A stretch of 56,037 bases of DNA from Nitrososphaeria archaeon (GTDB taxonomy: Archaea > Thermoproteota > Nitrososphaeria > JACIWG01). Location of the stretch: positions 1 to 56,037 of the forward strand of contig CAVVXT010000017.1 in assembly GCA_963752255.1 (NCBI GenBank). Direction: 5' to 3'. Under the pieces are notes generated by a model. It searched no databases. It saw only the letters and a list, made by a program, of their open reading frames with translations, and was not told the DNA's origin. Positions 39,607-51,228 of this stretch are shown one piece after another (position 1 is the stretch's first letter; each line of letters begins with the position of its first letter). The position numbers and the translations under genes were made by a program.

Positions 39607-40167
39607 ATGCAATCAGCTGAAAAAGATAGAGGATCCGGCGTATGGTACATTGGGCTTGATAAAACAACTGCTCCAATAAACGAAAGTGTCATATACTTTG
39701 GTGCAACAAGAGACTTCAAAGATGTAACTGGCAAAATTCTTCCATATTCTTTTATTAAGTCTCTTGGTATGTTAATGAATAGTAGTAGATATCCAATATA
39801 TAAATTATACAAATGTGTAAACAGGATCGTTTCGCCCACTAAAGAAGATATGACAGATTACGCGATGATAGCTGTTCTAGCCTTGAAAAAAGATGACATT
39901 CAAGGATTTGTTGACGGCACATTTAGCATCACACAACGCGACGCGCATCTCTTTCGTAGGGTTGGTTTGCTCTTTAGTATATCTGAAGACAATCAAGTTG
40001 GATTGTTCGGTTTGTGGCCTGATGAATTCTATAAAGGAATCGCGGCACGTCCGATTAATGCGAAGGTAGTGGAGTCCTTGTTGGTCAATAGGCCAGACTT
40101 CTGGAAAGCTGTTTTCATAATGGTAACTTCTGACTATGACTGGAAAAATATATTTGGATATAAATAG
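39607..40167 (+). CDS. Hypothetical protein
   Basis: 186-aa ORF co-oriented with neighbours. Confidence 0.55.
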   Translation: MQSAEKDRGSGVWYIGLDKTTAPINESVIYFGATRDFKDVTGKILPYSFIKSLGMLMNSSRYPIYKLYKCVNRIVSPTKEDMTDYAMIAVLALKKDDIQGFVDGTFSITQRDAHLFRRVGLLFSISEDNQVGLFGLWPDEFYKGIAARPINAKVVESLLVNRPDFWKAVFIMVTSDYDWKNIFGYK

Positions 40168-40298
40168 ATTAAGGCTTCCAATTTTCTTTCTATTTAAATG
40201 GTCGTCAAGATAGTCACTAGTTGCTGTTAATTGAAATATATCACTTTTCGTAGCTTTTCTAAGAAAGACTTAAATTGTAACATGTTGTTACAAAATTA

Positions 40299-41501
40299 AT
40301 GAGTGTAGATGGGCTTCGAGAAGATTTTCCAGTATTAGGGCAAGGCTTTGTCTATCTGGATAGCGCATCAACGTCTCTGACACCTAAAACTGTTGCTGAT
40401 AGGATTGTGGAATATTATACACAATTTAAAGCAAACCCATTAAGAAGTGTCCATACTTTAGCAATGAGAACAGAAGAAAAGGTCACTCAGGCTAGAGCGA
40501 TTTCGGCGGGCTTCATAAATGCATCATCGGAGGAGATCGTTTTTGTGAAGAACTCTACAGAGGGGCTCAATCTAATCGCTAGAGGTCTTAAAATTGCGAA
40601 AGACGAGAATGTTGTAATATCTGCTCTTGAGCATCACAGCAACTATGTTCCTTGGCTTGTTAGGTGCCATAGGGATAGGAGGGAGTTTAGGGTCGTCTTT
40701 CCGAAGCAAGCCGATGGTTTAATGACTGTTGATGATTTTGCCGAAAAAATTGATAAAAAAACTAGAGTCGTTACTCTGACCCATGTTAGTAACGTTTTAG
40801 GCACAATATCTCCAGTAGAGGATATAGTTAAAGTGGCGCACGAAAATGGCGCATATGTCGTTCTAGATGCAGCACAATCTGCACCCCACCTTTCTATTGA
40901 CGTCAAGAAGTTAAATGTAGACTTTCTGGCCCTAAGTGGGCATAAGATATGCGGTCCGACTGGGTCAGGACTACTTTACGTTAAGAGGGACCTATTCGAC
41001 AATATTGAACCAATTAACTACGGCGGTGGCGCCTGTCATACAGTTGATGTTTCAAGTTTTAAACTATTGCCGCCTCCTTCAATGTTTGAAGCGGGAACCA
41101 TTCCATTCTGTGAAGTGATGATGATGGCTGACGGTTTCCAATATGTGAAAAAAATCGGCTTACATAATATTCTGGAGCATGACAGGAAGTTGGTTAGAAT
41201 GGCTCATGAACTAGTGTCGGGCATAAAGAATTTTAAAATCTACGGTCCTGACGTTGAAAAAAAGACAAGTATTTTCACTTTTAACTTGAAAGGAATCGAT
41301 CCTATGGAACTGGGCATGATGCTTGATTCTATTGGCCAAATAGAAGTAAGAAGTGGGCATATGTGTGCGCAAGTTACTACAAGAAGGGTTTTGGGTGAAA
41401 GAGAAGGAGTGGTTAGGGCTTCGACCTATTTTTACAATAATGAAAGTGACATCGAAAAGCTCACCGATTCGCTTAAGAAGATTGCAAGCGCATTCTCATA
41501 A
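40299..41501 (+). CDS. sufS: Cysteine desulfurase, SufS subfamily
   Basis: YLDSAST, EHHSN, DAAQS, SGHK, RSGHMCA. Confidence 0.88.
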   Translation: MSVDGLREDFPVLGQGFVYLDSASTSLTPKTVADRIVEYYTQFKANPLRSVHTLAMRTEEKVTQARAISAGFINASSEEIVFVKNSTEGLNLIARGLKIAKDENVVISALEHHSNYVPWLVRCHRDRREFRVVFPKQADGLMTVDDFAEKIDKKTRVVTLTHVSNVLGTISPVEDIVKVAHENGAYVVLDAAQSAPHLSIDVKKLNVDFLALSGHKICGPTGSGLLYVKRDLFDNIEPINYGGGACHTVDVSSFKLLPPPSMFEAGTIPFCEVMMMADGFQYVKKIGLHNILEHDRKLVRMAHELVSGIKNFKIYGPDVEKKTSIFTFNLKGIDPMELGMMLDSIGQIEVRSGHMCAQVTTRRVLGEREGVVRASTYFYNNESDIEKLTDSLKKIASAFS

Positions 41502-41561
41502 CATTCTTATGATCTACTCCTAAATACAAACTTAATATAACATACGACATTATCTCAGAAC

Positions 41562-43085
41562 ATGCAGAAGTTCGTCTTAGGCATAGATTGTGGCACAACC
41601 TTATGTAAATGTGTACTTTTTGACCTAGACGGCAATGTTATTGCAATGGAAAAAAGTGAATACGGCATGTACCAAGAGCAAGAGGGTTGGGCTGAGCAAG
41701 ACCCTGACTGGTGGTGGAATGCCGCAGTAACTAACGTTAGGAATATTATAGAAAAGACAAAGATTGATTCAAAGTCTATAGCTGGCATTGGAGCAGACTC
41801 ACAACGGGAAGCATTTGTTCCCTTGGATGCCGAAGGCAATAAGCTTTGGAACAGTATCATATGGCTTGACAAGAGAACCATACCATTAGCTGAAGAAATC
41901 AAGAAGATCCTGCCAGCAGACGAAGTCAGGGATAGAACAGGAGGACGCATTGATCATATCGTTTCCGCTCCAAAGATCATTTGGCTAAAAAGGTACAAAC
42001 CGGAGATATTCAGTAAAACAAAGAAGATAGTCTTCTCTAAGGATTATATTGTCTATAGGTTGACGAATAAGGTGGCCACAGACTATTCTATGGCTTCCCG
42101 CACTAGATTATTTAATATCAGAAAAAAGGTTTGGGACGAAGACATTTGCGATGCCCTTGACATTCCTATCAGCATCCTACCAGATGTCCAAGGCGCTTGG
42201 GAAGTTGTCGGTGAGGTAACCAAAGAAATCTCTGGAATAATAGGTCTGGCTGAAGGCACACCTGTCGTCAGTGGAGGCGGTGATAGGCCATGTGAATCGT
42301 TGGGTGGAGGCGCAATTTATCCTGGTCAAATGAATATCGGTTCAGGCACCGGTACTTCCTTTGAAGTTCCTTTAAGTGAACCACACCTCGACTATAAGGA
42401 CAGAATTGACTGTTGTTGCAATATTTTCCCAGCTGCATGGGAGTACGAAGTGGGACTGCTTACGGGTGCATGTCTGAGATGGTTTAGAGATAAATTTGGA
42501 TATGAAGAAGTTGAAAAAGCCAAATTGGAAAATGGCGATCCTTATCATTACCTTGACGAACTTGCTGAGAAGGTTAATGAAGGTTCGGATATGCTCTTCT
42601 GTTATCCATATTTTATGGGCGCAGGTGCCCCACAATTTGATTTTCAAGCTAAAGCGGTCTACTTTGGATTTACCCTATGGCATGGCAAACCTCATTTTGT
42701 TAGGTCGTTGCTTGAAGGAATTGCTTTTCAGTACGTTGGTATCATAGAGTTACTTGGTGAATTAGGCGTCAGGGTAAAGGACGCTTCAATGACTGGAGGA
42801 GAAACAAAGAGCAGAGTTTGGAACCAGATAAAGGCAGATGTAATTGGCATGGATATTAGGGTTCCGATAGTTGAAGATGCCGCTGCAGCTTTGGGCTCTG
42901 CGATTTTGGCAGGCGTAGGCTCTGGAGTATATAAGAATGTACAAGATGGAGTTAAAAGTTGTATCCGTTTTAGGGACGTTTATAAACCTAGGTCAGAACA
43001 CCATGAAAATTATGCTAGAATACATGAAAAATACAAGAAAGCTTATGAAAGCATAAGCAGGGCGTACAGTATCTTTTCAGAATGA
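41562..43085 (+). CDS. FGGY-family carbohydrate kinase (xylulokinase-like)
   Basis: GIDCGTT, AEQDP..WW, GGGD, GG..KS.VWNQIKAD. Confidence 0.9.
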   Translation: MQKFVLGIDCGTTLCKCVLFDLDGNVIAMEKSEYGMYQEQEGWAEQDPDWWWNAAVTNVRNIIEKTKIDSKSIAGIGADSQREAFVPLDAEGNKLWNSIIWLDKRTIPLAEEIKKILPADEVRDRTGGRIDHIVSAPKIIWLKRYKPEIFSKTKKIVFSKDYIVYRLTNKVATDYSMASRTRLFNIRKKVWDEDICDALDIPISILPDVQGAWEVVGEVTKEISGIIGLAEGTPVVSGGGDRPCESLGGGAIYPGQMNIGSGTGTSFEVPLSEPHLDYKDRIDCCCNIFPAAWEYEVGLLTGACLRWFRDKFGYEEVEKAKLENGDPYHYLDELAEKVNEGSDMLFCYPYFMGAGAPQFDFQAKAVYFGFTLWHGKPHFVRSLLEGIAFQYVGIIELLGELGVRVKDASMTGGETKSRVWNQIKADVIGMDIRVPIVEDAAAALGSAILAGVGSGVYKNVQDGVKSCIRFRDVYKPRSEHHENYARIHEKYKKAYESISRAYSIFSE

Positions 43086-44002
43086 CAAGTCTTAATTGCA
43101 TGGGTTCTGTCCAGCTATCCGTTTTCTTACTTATACATAGTGTTGACCCTGCAACCTGTCTACTGCAGGTATGAATCAATATGTGTTAGCAGCTTAGCGT
43201 AAGATAGACTAATACACCTATCTTTTCTTAGAAGGCCAGATATGGAACGCCCTTTTTAGCGTGGTCACTTGCGGTGCAGCCAGAAGCGCCAAGCCGTCGT
43301 ACTAGGTGTAATCTAGGACATCAACTGGTCCATTTTGGTGCAGACTCGTGCAATCTACCGCAGCGTCAGCCGATCCATCAACCTGTTAATCGACAGCGTG
43401 TCGACCATAACGTGCAAATGTCCTTGACAATGTCTGGATAATATAAAGGTAAACTAATGAAAGCATTTCATTATGCAACACCTAAGATATCTTTGGATTC
43501 ACTAAGTTAACATAGACCTATTTCTTAATAATTAGATTCGGTACTGATGGAAGGGAATTGAAGCTCTCCCAAAGCGTAAAGGCGGGCCCGGTGGTTTTCG
43601 ACCATAATTAGGTGCAAATACCTAATTCCAGTTATGTAAATGGATCGTTTACCAGCACGGTGTCTTGTTAGATATTTTAATTCCTAGGTTCCTCACTCTT
43701 TATGGGACTTCAATGGAACCTTTTTACGATTGAAAAAGATTTCACCTTCGTCTTAAGGATATGTATATACAGAAGTATTCTTATTAAAGCCGATTTTCCG
43801 GCATCGTTGTCGCTATTAAATCTACAATCTGATTGTATCCTATCCTAAAGTCAACACCCTGCAATGCTTGGATGACTCACTCCCATTTATCAACAATTCC
43901 CCAGAATCCTACGAGAGAAAGCCATTAATTGCAATTATCTAATCTATGTTTCTATGATCTATGAAACCAAAATAATGATGGAACTACATTGCATACTTGT
44001 TT

Positions 44003-46051
44003 TTAAGAACGGATGACCATAAAGTTCCAAGGCATAATATTTTCTATTTCGACAACCGTCTTTCCTTTAGATATTTTTACTTTATCATTTGGTATAGTGA
44101 CTTGTTTTCCTTTTCTTCGAAGCTCATATAACTTATCCGATTTCATACGGATTTCTGCGGAAAATTCACCTGTCTCATCTAGCGACGCGTTAAGTAGCAT
44201 TAGCAAGAACTGTTCCTTATCGTCTGACACCTTAATAAAAGGAATAACCTTAATGCATTTGTCTATCATTACAGGCATTTCTCCTTTACTAATCCAGTCA
44301 CAAGTTCTAACTATCTGCGCTCTTTTTGCGGTAGAGTGAATATTTATCCAAGGTGAATATCCATGTATGGCAACTCTTCCCCCAAGCGAATTCTCGAACA
44401 ACGTAAAAGTTGGTCCAAGATTCTCTGCTTTGGGGCTGATTAACTCGCTAAGTACCCTAACGCTTTTGTTCAAAGGCTCCAAAACATAGCCGTCATAAAG
44501 CCTCGGTGGAAAAGGAGGTATATCCACTAATCCATAGAAGTCTCTTCCGCTTCTAGAGTATCTCTTCGCATTGCTGTACTGACCATTCAATGAGTCGGAG
44601 GTTAATTGTTCAGAAACACCGTTCGTGTAGAATTTCTTGGTAGATGCTCCACAGTATTCTCCCAAACCTGCATCCCACATACATTCTAGAGCCCTTCCAT
44701 CTAAGATTACTCCCTTGGCCAGCATCCCCTTAAGCTCTTCCTTCGTATATCCCTGCGGCATGTTCCCTGAAAGGATAACACCACAGGCACCTTTTTCGTA
44801 CATGGTGAAAGGAATGCCGATCTCGTTCATAGCATAAGCCATTGAACCATCATTGTGCCCTGTTGGCAATTGTAACCAGTCTTCGTTTTTGACTTCTCTT
44901 TTAGCCCAGAACTGTGGAGATAAAGCGGGGTAAAAGCCTGCATTTTTAAAGTTTCCAGCGAACTCGTCAATGGCTTTCCACAGAGGCCTAAACTCACTTA
45001 TCGCTTTCATATGATCGTTATACTCGTCTAATGAACCTTCCTCTTGTCTTAAAACGCAAAAGGCAATTCCATTGCAACCATTCATTATGGTGGTAGTTCC
45101 TTCTAGAATCATCATATGGACCGATTTACCTAGTCTACCTTGATGAGGGAAACAATCGAATTCGTATTGGACATCTTTAACGAAGTCAGGATAGGCTGCA
45201 CTCTGTCTCGCACATTCTAAAACTTTTCGTATAAAGCGGATAGGAGCACTGTCCTCATAATAGGCGCCTCCAGGCCTCCCCTTAACCCCTTTAAGGGCGG
45301 TCATCCACTCGTCAAAAGCAAAACCATCGTAGTTTGTCCACCACCACGTAGTGCCCATCGTGGTTGCGGTATGCATCCAACCTAACTCAATATCCGCATC
45401 AACACCATGAACTGCTTTCTCAATAAGTGAGAAATGGTTTTTCATCGTCTCTATATTTTGACGGACCCATTTCTCCCTGTACCCTCTACCCTCTTCAGAA
45501 TTTAGTTTTTTTACCAACGATTCCCTGGTGAAGTTTGTACCATACTTCTGATTAAAAATGGATATGCACTTAGGACAAAAACAGGGAAACTCTAAAGGAG
45601 GATGATGCTGAATTCTGTTGTCATCGTCTGCCCAGATGAAGTCCGGTTGAGCTTTAGCGCACAACCTATATTTTTCTCTAATATATTCTTTGAATTCGTT
45701 AGTGTTTGGACAGTAACAAGTCTTTGAGCTCTTCCCAAAGGGATCAATCATAGTTTGAAATGGAGGTTGAGGAAAACCCCAGTCCCAAACATCGTCGCTA
45801 TGTCCTATAGTGTTTAACATTGTAATACCAACACTCTTGAAGCCGTAACCTTTCAATTTTTGAATTCTATCCTTATATATTTCACAACGTTTTTTGAATT
45901 CTTCTAAAGGGGTATAACCAATCTGGTAGTATTCATTTTGGAGGGCTATCTCATCGATATCTTTTTGATATGGTTGCAGAAATGATACAAGTTTTTTGAA
46001 TTCTGAATCGGTTTCATATAGTGGGTACCATATTCTCATTGATATTTTCAT
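44003..46051 (-). CDS. 682-aa putative glycoside-hydrolase-like protein (copy 1)
   Basis: IWADDD.R..HH and CYCP/CFCPKC motifs; cotranscribed downstream of sugar ABC permeases. Confidence 0.55.
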   Translation of the reverse strand: MKISMRIWYPLYETDSEFKKLVSFLQPYQKDIDEIALQNEYYQIGYTPLEEFKKRCEIYKDRIQKLKGYGFKSVGITMLNTIGHSDDVWDWGFPQPPFQTMIDPFGKSSKTCYCPNTNEFKEYIREKYRLCAKAQPDFIWADDDNRIQHHPPLEFPCFCPKCISIFNQKYGTNFTRESLVKKLNSEEGRGYREKWVRQNIETMKNHFSLIEKAVHGVDADIELGWMHTATTMGTTWWWTNYDGFAFDEWMTALKGVKGRPGGAYYEDSAPIRFIRKVLECARQSAAYPDFVKDVQYEFDCFPHQGRLGKSVHMMILEGTTTIMNGCNGIAFCVLRQEEGSLDEYNDHMKAISEFRPLWKAIDEFAGNFKNAGFYPALSPQFWAKREVKNEDWLQLPTGHNDGSMAYAMNEIGIPFTMYEKGACGVILSGNMPQGYTKEELKGMLAKGVILDGRALECMWDAGLGEYCGASTKKFYTNGVSEQLTSDSLNGQYSNAKRYSRSGRDFYGLVDIPPFPPRLYDGYVLEPLNKSVRVLSELISPKAENLGPTFTLFENSLGGRVAIHGYSPWINIHSTAKRAQIVRTCDWISKGEMPVMIDKCIKVIPFIKVSDDKEQFLLMLLNASLDETGEFSAEIRMKSDKLYELRRKGKQVTIPNDKVKISKGKTVVEIENIMPWNFMVIRS

Positions 46052-46101
46052 AAGTGTAAAGCTTTAATTCTAATTATATAAACGTTCATAAATCGTATTG
46101 T

Positions 46102-46944
46102 TTATCCTTTAACTGCACCACTTGTTAAGCCTTGTATAAGATATTTTTGAACAAATGCAAATAGGATGAAAGCAGGGACACAGAATAGTGTACAATATGC
46201 CATTACCTTCCCCCAGTCCAAATATTCGGAAAAAGCTAACGAATACAATGCCACTGTAAGAGTCTTCATATTTTCGTCAATCATAATTGTCAGTGAAAAT
46301 ATATATTCCTGCCAACCCATTAAAAATGACCATATCGCAACAGCTCCCAATCCCGGTAAGGCAAGAGGTAGTATAACCCTGTAAAATGCGGTCAATCTAC
46401 TTGCACCATCAACCATCGCTGACTCTTCAATATCTTGTGGAATACTATCGAAATAACCTTTCATCATCCATGTACAAAATGGTAAAGAAAAAGTGATATA
46501 CAAGAGCGTTAAACCAGGATAAGAATTAGTCAAACTTAATTTACTGAGGACATAGAAAAGAGGAATTAGACTCATTGTAGGGGGAAGCATTTGGGCTACA
46601 AACAAATATAAAGAATAGGTTGTTCGTCCTCTAAACTTGAACCGAGAAAGGCTATATCCTGCCATGCTTGCAGATACCATTGCAAAGAATGTTGAGGCCA
46701 ATGTAACGATCAGGGTATTAATATAATAACGTACTACCAATGTCGAATTAATGATCCATATTATATTGTCAAGAGTAATAGGCGATGGAAACAATTGTGG
46801 AGGCAGTTTCTCTGTATTTGCAGGTATTTCAAAAGTAGTTGATATCATAAAATATATAGGCAACAATAAGAATGATATGACAATTATAAGGAATAAATAT
46901 AGAAATATAACTCGAAGTCTTTTATGAGAATTTTTGATTTTCAT
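46102..46944 (-). CDS. Carbohydrate ABC transporter permease (MalG-like)
   Basis: EAA loop IPQDIEESAMVDGA; QKYLIQGLTSGAVKG. Confidence 0.92.
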   Translation of the reverse strand: MKIKNSHKRLRVIFLYLFLIIVISFLLLPIYFMISTTFEIPANTEKLPPQLFPSPITLDNIIWIINSTLVVRYYINTLIVTLASTFFAMVSASMAGYSLSRFKFRGRTTYSLYLFVAQMLPPTMSLIPLFYVLSKLSLTNSYPGLTLLYITFSLPFCTWMMKGYFDSIPQDIEESAMVDGASRLTAFYRVILPLALPGLGAVAIWSFLMGWQEYIFSLTIMIDENMKTLTVALYSLAFSEYLDWGKVMAYCTLFCVPAFILFAFVQKYLIQGLTSGAVKG

Positions 46945-46945
46945 A

Positions 46946-47809
46946 TCATAGCCCCTTTCTTATTTGCCCAGTAAGTATGAAAATCATTATAAGCAAAGTA
47001 ATGACCGAAAATATTGATAAGGCAGACCCGTAACCAGCGTCAAAGAAGCCAAAGGTTGTAAGATAAATATAAGGTACAATTATGGATGAAGCAAAAGCTG
47101 GTCCTCCTCCTGTCATCATTTGTATAATATCGAAACTGTTCCATCTCCAAATGACTCCCAAAGCTAATACAATGACAATAATAGGTCTTAACTGTGGGAG
47201 TGTTATATTCCTAAATTTCGCCATACTCCCAGCACCATCCACCTGTGCAGCCTCATAGAGCACTTCTGGTATAGATTGTAGGCCTGCTAGTAATGATACC
47301 GCATACCATGGGATCGACTTCCATAGTAGTACTATTAGACAAGAAAATAACACGATATTTGGATCCCCTAACCATGATATCGGATACTTTATTATACCAA
47401 GCAACTGTAGATAGTAATTGATTATGCCATAATTGGTGTTATAGAACAATGTTGCCCAAATAGTAGCTGCTACAACTGGTGGTACAACCCACGGTAAAAG
47501 GATTAACGCTCTGAAGACTCCTCTAAATTTTATTTTTTCATTTAACAGTAAAGCAACGCCAAGTGAAATAAAAAAATTTAAACTGACGCCTACTGCTGTG
47601 AATATAATAGTATTTTGCAAAACAAGAACGAACAATGGATCATGTAATTCTTGGATATAATTAGCTAAACCAATAAATTGCAAGTGGGTAAAATCGAACT
47701 TTGTAAAGCTTAGAATGAACGTATATAAAATAGGAATACCACTAAAAATAACTAACAAAATAATAGAAGGAACCGTGAATACGATTATATTCCGTTTTTC
47801 TTCTACCAT
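46946..47809 (-). CDS. Carbohydrate ABC transporter permease (MalF-like)
   Basis: LAGLQSIP..LYEAAQVDGA, MTGGGP. Confidence 0.92.
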   Translation of the reverse strand: MVEEKRNIIVFTVPSIILLVIFSGIPILYTFILSFTKFDFTHLQFIGLANYIQELHDPLFVLVLQNTIIFTAVGVSLNFFISLGVALLLNEKIKFRGVFRALILLPWVVPPVVAATIWATLFYNTNYGIINYYLQLLGIIKYPISWLGDPNIVLFSCLIVLLWKSIPWYAVSLLAGLQSIPEVLYEAAQVDGAGSMAKFRNITLPQLRPIIVIVLALGVIWRWNSFDIIQMMTGGGPAFASSIIVPYIYLTTFGFFDAGYGSALSIFSVITLLIMIFILTGQIRKGL

Positions 47810-47861
47810 TTTTATCTCTATCAGGTTGGATATGAAGACTCTTATACTGTCATTGCATTAA

Positions 47862-49340
47862 TTATGTTAAAGCAGATAGGATTGTTGTTATCTGTTGATC
47901 CATTGTGCTTACTATATCGTCAGGCTTGGCCTTCCCCAAGATCAAGTTCTGCAAATTCGGTTCCATGACTAGTGTATCAACTTTGGAATTTAGTGGACAA
48001 TTGGTATTTCCCCTACTATACGGGAGCAAATCTGAAACCTTTTTCATGAAAGTAGTGTTGCGACTATCAGTTGACCATTGTCGGAAGGGTGGTATATATG
48101 TCTCTGGTATAAATCTTGCAAGTACTCTTTCGTAATCACTAGACCAATTAAAAAAGTCCATCATAGGATTAGAATCCTTCGACGCTTTTATCACGCACCA
48201 TGCACCATTATCTTGAACTATTACGCTATTCTGAATCGAATTTGTTAACATAGGCTGCACACATGCATCCCATTTGAAATCTGGAAAACTGGTATTAAGT
48301 TGTGCGCTCAAAAATTCCTCGCAATGCACCATGGCTACTTCTTCATTTTTGCAAAAGGCATTCATCAAATCCACAGTGGATGCCCAAGTAACGCAATCTG
48401 GAGGGATTACTTTTTGAGTATTGCATAAGTCGTATATTTTTTGCAACGCTGTTTTGAAACCAGGATAGGATGCGCCAGACACCCATTTTCCGTTAACTTG
48501 CATAATTGGGTCTACACCTTGTTCCCAGAACCACCAATACCAATGTCTCATAAAATATGCATACCCAGCAGCGGCACGTGCTCCATATGCATATTTTTTT
48601 TCGTCGGGATTAGCCAATTTCACACAGATGTCCGTAAATTCATCCCAACTCCAAGGTTCATCGATAGTTGGAATCCTTATATTGTTTTGTGTAAATAGAT
48701 CCACGTTATAATAGATCAGCCCTGCACCATCGTTTGCTAATGGTAAACCATAGATATTTCCATTATATCTGAACCCATCCCATACTCCTTGAGGAATGGA
48801 TAACGGATTATTCGACGATTGGTCAAGTAAGTTGGGCGGTACAAGATTGTCCAAGGGAAGTAAATAGCCTCCACCTGCAATTGGCGCGAAGAATCGTTGA
48901 CTGAGTTGAACTCCATCTGGAGGCACGTCCGCTGTTACCATCGCTGTAACGACTGGCACAAAATTGTTTGGATCCAAGTACTGTTGGTTCACTACATAAC
49001 TTGGATTTAGTGCATCCCATTGATTTATTTGGTCGACAAGTATGGGATAATATTTACGAGTTTGCGCAAAAGTGTGGAAAAAACGTAAACTTGTCGGCTG
49101 AGCAGAGGTAGATGCAGTTGTTGTTGCAGTTGTAGTTGTAGTTGCAGTTGTAGTTGTAGTTGCAGTTGTAGTTGTCGGTGGTACAGTACTTGTGACAGTT
49201 GTAGTAATAGGAGTCTTTTGGCCATTTGTACCAATGTAATAGGCTACACCCCCTATCACAACTATGGTGGCAGCAATGCCAGCATAAGTGATAAATTTTC
49301 TTCGATTTACATTTTTAGACGTATCAGTACTTTCTGACAT
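47862..49340 (-). CDS. Sugar ABC transporter substrate-binding protein with twin-arginine signal
   Basis: NRRKFI Tat motif plus TM, Thr-rich linker, YGLP...LIYYNVDLF, WSWDEF. Confidence 0.88.
   Translation of the reverse strand: MSESTDTSKNVNRRKFITYAGIAATIVVIGGVAYYIGTNGQKTPITTTVTSTVPPTTTTATTTTTATTTTTATTTASTSAQPTSLRFFHTFAQTRKYYPILVDQINQWDALNPSYVVNQQYLDPNNFVPVVTAMVTADVPPDGVQLSQRFFAPIAGGGYLLPLDNLVPPNLLDQSSNNPLSIPQGVWDGFRYNGNIYGLPLANDGAGLIYYNVDLFTQNNIRIPTIDEPWSWDEFTDICVKLANPDEKKYAYGARAAAGYAYFMRHWYWWFWEQGVDPIMQVNGKWVSGASYPGFKTALQKIYDLCNTQKVIPPDCVTWASTVDLMNAFCKNEEVAMVHCEEFLSAQLNTSFPDFKWDACVQPMLTNSIQNSVIVQDNGAWCVIKASKDSNPMMDFFNWSSDYERVLARFIPETYIPPFRQWSTDSRNTTFMKKVSDLLPYSRGNTNCPLNSKVDTLVMEPNLQNLILGKAKPDDIVSTMDQQITTILSALT
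49113..49176. repeat. Low-complexity tandem repeat encoding poly-Thr/Ala linker
   Basis: (GCAGTTGTAGTTGTAGTT)n-type units inside the binding-protein gene. Confidence 0.8.
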
Positions 49341-49401
49341 GTCAAGCTAAAAGAAATCTCTCTTTTATAAATGTTATGATATCAGGTTCTGTTACCTCTG
49401 C

Positions 49402-50012
49402 GTCGAAGTAATTCATAAAACCGTCTATATGTGGATAAAGAAATACATCTCATTAATGGAAAATTATGTTGAGAAACAGAAACCGAATGTTAGCGATACA
49501 TGGAGAACTGACGAATTATGGGTTAAAATCAAAGGTGACATGAAATATCTCTTTGCTCTGATGGATGACGAAACAAGATTCTGGATAGCTCAAGAAGTAG
49601 CTGACACCAAATACAAGCATGATGCTGGAAAGTTGTTTCAGAAAGGTAAAGAAATCGCTGGAGAGAAACCCTTAACCCTAATCACCGATGGCTTAAACTC
49701 GTATCATCAAGCATACAAAAGAGAGTTCTTCTCACACTATAGTCCGAGAACCGTTCACATTAAAGAAATCCGATTAAACGGTGAAATACACAATAACAAA
49801 ATGGAGAGAATGAACGGACAGGTAAGAGATAGGAAGAAAGTTATGAGAGGATTAAAGAGGAAAGATACACCAATTCTCAAAGGATACCAAATATTTCATA
49901 ACTACATAAGACCACACGAAGCATAAGAAGGAAAAACCCCAGCCGATAAATGTGGTATTGAAGTTAAGGGAGATAACAAGTGGATAACAATAATCCAGAA
50001 CGCTAGCAATAA
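49402..50012 (+). mobile_element. IS6-family (archaeal DDE) transposase remnant, N-truncated with premature stop at 49924-49926
   Basis: HKTVYMWIKKY, WRTDE, YLFALMD, ITDGL.SY, NNKMER.N, YIRPH, then GKTPA..CGI...NKWIT.IQNA beyond the stop. Confidence 0.85.
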
Positions 50013-50180
50013 ATGGCCTAACAATTCCAACAACCGAAAGGGCTATATTATGGAGATGCCTTAAACTGAAGGAATCCAGATGAGCGGAACCTATCAACCA
50101 AGAGGAGCACTTATCATCAACAAATCATCTTAGTTGCTGGGTTCCTAGGAGGGATTGCATTCACTACCCTAATCGCAGTA

Positions 50181-50537
50181 TTGCAACAATACAACACAAT
50201 CCAAAATGAGATAATGCAATCACCATCATGGTTACCCACATACTTCATGACATTTTTAATTATTGACTTGGCGGCAATCAGTGCCGCGTTTATCTTCTCA
50301 TGCGTCATGGCCCTACCCATTGCGTCTGGACACATTCCAGCGAATGGCTCGGTGGATAAATTTTCTCAGTTTATGTTCAATATTGGAGTAATTGAAATAT
50401 TAATCGCGATTATAGCGTTACTCTCAATCGTTTCCACGTTTGCAGGAATATTTGTTGGCGTAATAGAAATATTGGCATATTGTTGGGCAAGAAGGGCGTT
50501 AAAACGAGACCGCTCTCTTCTCCAAAGTGCCTCATAA
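50181..50537 (+). CDS. Hypothetical membrane protein (possibly a fragment)
   Basis: Hydrophobic ORF following the IS remnant. Confidence 0.4.
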   Translation: MQQYNTIQNEIMQSPSWLPTYFMTFLIIDLAAISAAFIFSCVMALPIASGHIPANGSVDKFSQFMFNIGVIEILIAIIALLSIVSTFAGIFVGVIEILAYCWARRALKRDRSLLQSAS

Positions 50538-51228
50538 TCCCAAAGCCAAAGTAAAGTAACAATTACGAGAATAACCATCACGCATATAAATATAAAATAG
50601 AGAATATCCATCTAAACTCTCATACCCCAAAAATTATCCGACGAAAAGTAACACCCCTAAGAATCTGACGAAGAGGTACCAAGACCTAATATCAATTAAG
50701 ATTAAAGGTAAAACTATCAGGCTACAGACTAGAAAAAATGGTTTCACCTAGGAGCTTAACTAATACGAAAAAAGCAGTCTCTCAACACTAATTATGTTGC
50801 TGTCAAGCAAGTCTAGTCCACACAGCGTTCAAAGTTAATTATTTATATGAAGCTCATGAAGAACCAGTGAGACTAGCATCGAACTATTCCGTAGATGAAG
50901 GCAGACGGGAGCATGTGGCATATTAGGAAAATCCGTTTGTATTGTCAATTGATTGACAATAAAAAAAGGGCAAGCTCTTAGAGTATATTTGCAAATTATT
51001 TTAACACATTCTGCGAACTAGATTTTATTTGTGAAATTGGAAAAGAAGTTTTAATAAGAAACGTCTTTCATCATCACTTAAGACGTTTTAGTGTAGGATA
51101 GAATGGCATCATACATGAACCATATACCACAGGCTTTATGATAGAAGATTATCTAAAACTGGCTTAATGTCGGTAAACGACTATATCTGTAATATTTAAA
51201 ATAAGAATTGTTGATATTTCTTACCTTA

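Noticed and set aside
43140-43430. GC-richer non-coding tract after the xylulokinase (possible ncRNA or decayed IS5-like transposase, AAVDCTSL on the minus strand)
   Set aside because: Multiple stops, only a faint motif and no convincing closing helix; cannot be assigned.
49385-49394. GGTTCTGTT resembling an IS6-family terminal inverted repeat
   Set aside because: No clear partner repeat at the other end of the remnant.
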